DNA of 64,000 nt from Vicugna vicugna. Lineage: Eukaryota. Shown in pieces: positions 63,595 through 64,000 of this stretch. Position 1 is the first letter of the stretch, and every line of letters starts with the position of its first letter. A program made the position numbers and the translations under genes. The notes beneath the pieces were generated by a model. It saw only the letters and a program-made list of their open reading frames with translations. It did not search any database and had not been told where the DNA came from. Location: contig MU058570.1 in the NCBI GenBank assembly GCA_013265495.1, positions 1 to 64,000 of the forward strand. The letters run 5' to 3'.

Positions 63595-64000
63595 AGGGCT
63601 ATTATCAAAAAAAAAAAAAAGAAAGAAAATAACAAGTGTTGGCAAGGATGTAGAAAAATTGGAACATCACAGGTGCCAGTTTAAGATGGTGCAGTCACTA
63701 TGGAAAACAATACAATAGTTTCTCAAATAATTAAAAGTAAAATTACCATACGATCTAGGGATCCCCCTCCTGCGTGTATACTCAAAAGAATGAAAGCAGG
63801 GACTTGAACAGATATTTATACACTCGTGTTCATGGTACATTATCCACACTAGCCGAAAGATGGAAACAACCCAAGTGCCCATCGACAGATGAATGGATGA
63901 ACAAAATATGGTATCTACATACAATGGACCATTACTCAGCTTTAAAAAAGGAGAGCGATTCTGACACATGGATGAACTTTCAGGACATCATGCTAAAGGA
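63595..64000 (+). mobile_element. L1 3' fragment running off the window
   Basis: aacaagtgttggcaaggatgtagaaaaattggaac; atggaaacaacccaagtgcccatcgacagatgaatgga. Confidence 0.9.

Overview
Mammalian genomic DNA, most likely camelid: six copies of a short tRNA-derived SINE match the vic-1 type. There is one 116-nt assembly gap. No intact protein-coding gene is supported, and the supplied ORFs are noise, L1 remnants or pieces of decayed exons. Much of the window is transposon-derived (L1, L2, MIR, MaLR/ERVL LTRs, Charlie7, Charlie4a, Tigger2/MER8, MER21). The main signal is a chain of about 25 exon remnants on the minus strand, from about 61.7 kb (possibly 63.5 kb and beyond the window) down to a terminal exon and AATAAA at about 22.8 kb. 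They splice into a largely phase-consistent, protein-like reading frame broken by stops and a few frameshifts, so this looks like an intron-containing, possibly unitary pseudogene of a large gene I cannot name. By eye, its best-preserved part (exons at 34.9-27.7 kb) follows the motif order of an R-S-E (cholera-toxin-like, ARTC) ADP-ribosyltransferase domain; this is inference and needs a profile search. A TSD-flanked 3'-UTR retrocopy sits in one of its introns. Repeat family names come from remembered consensus sequences, not from a RepeatMasker run.
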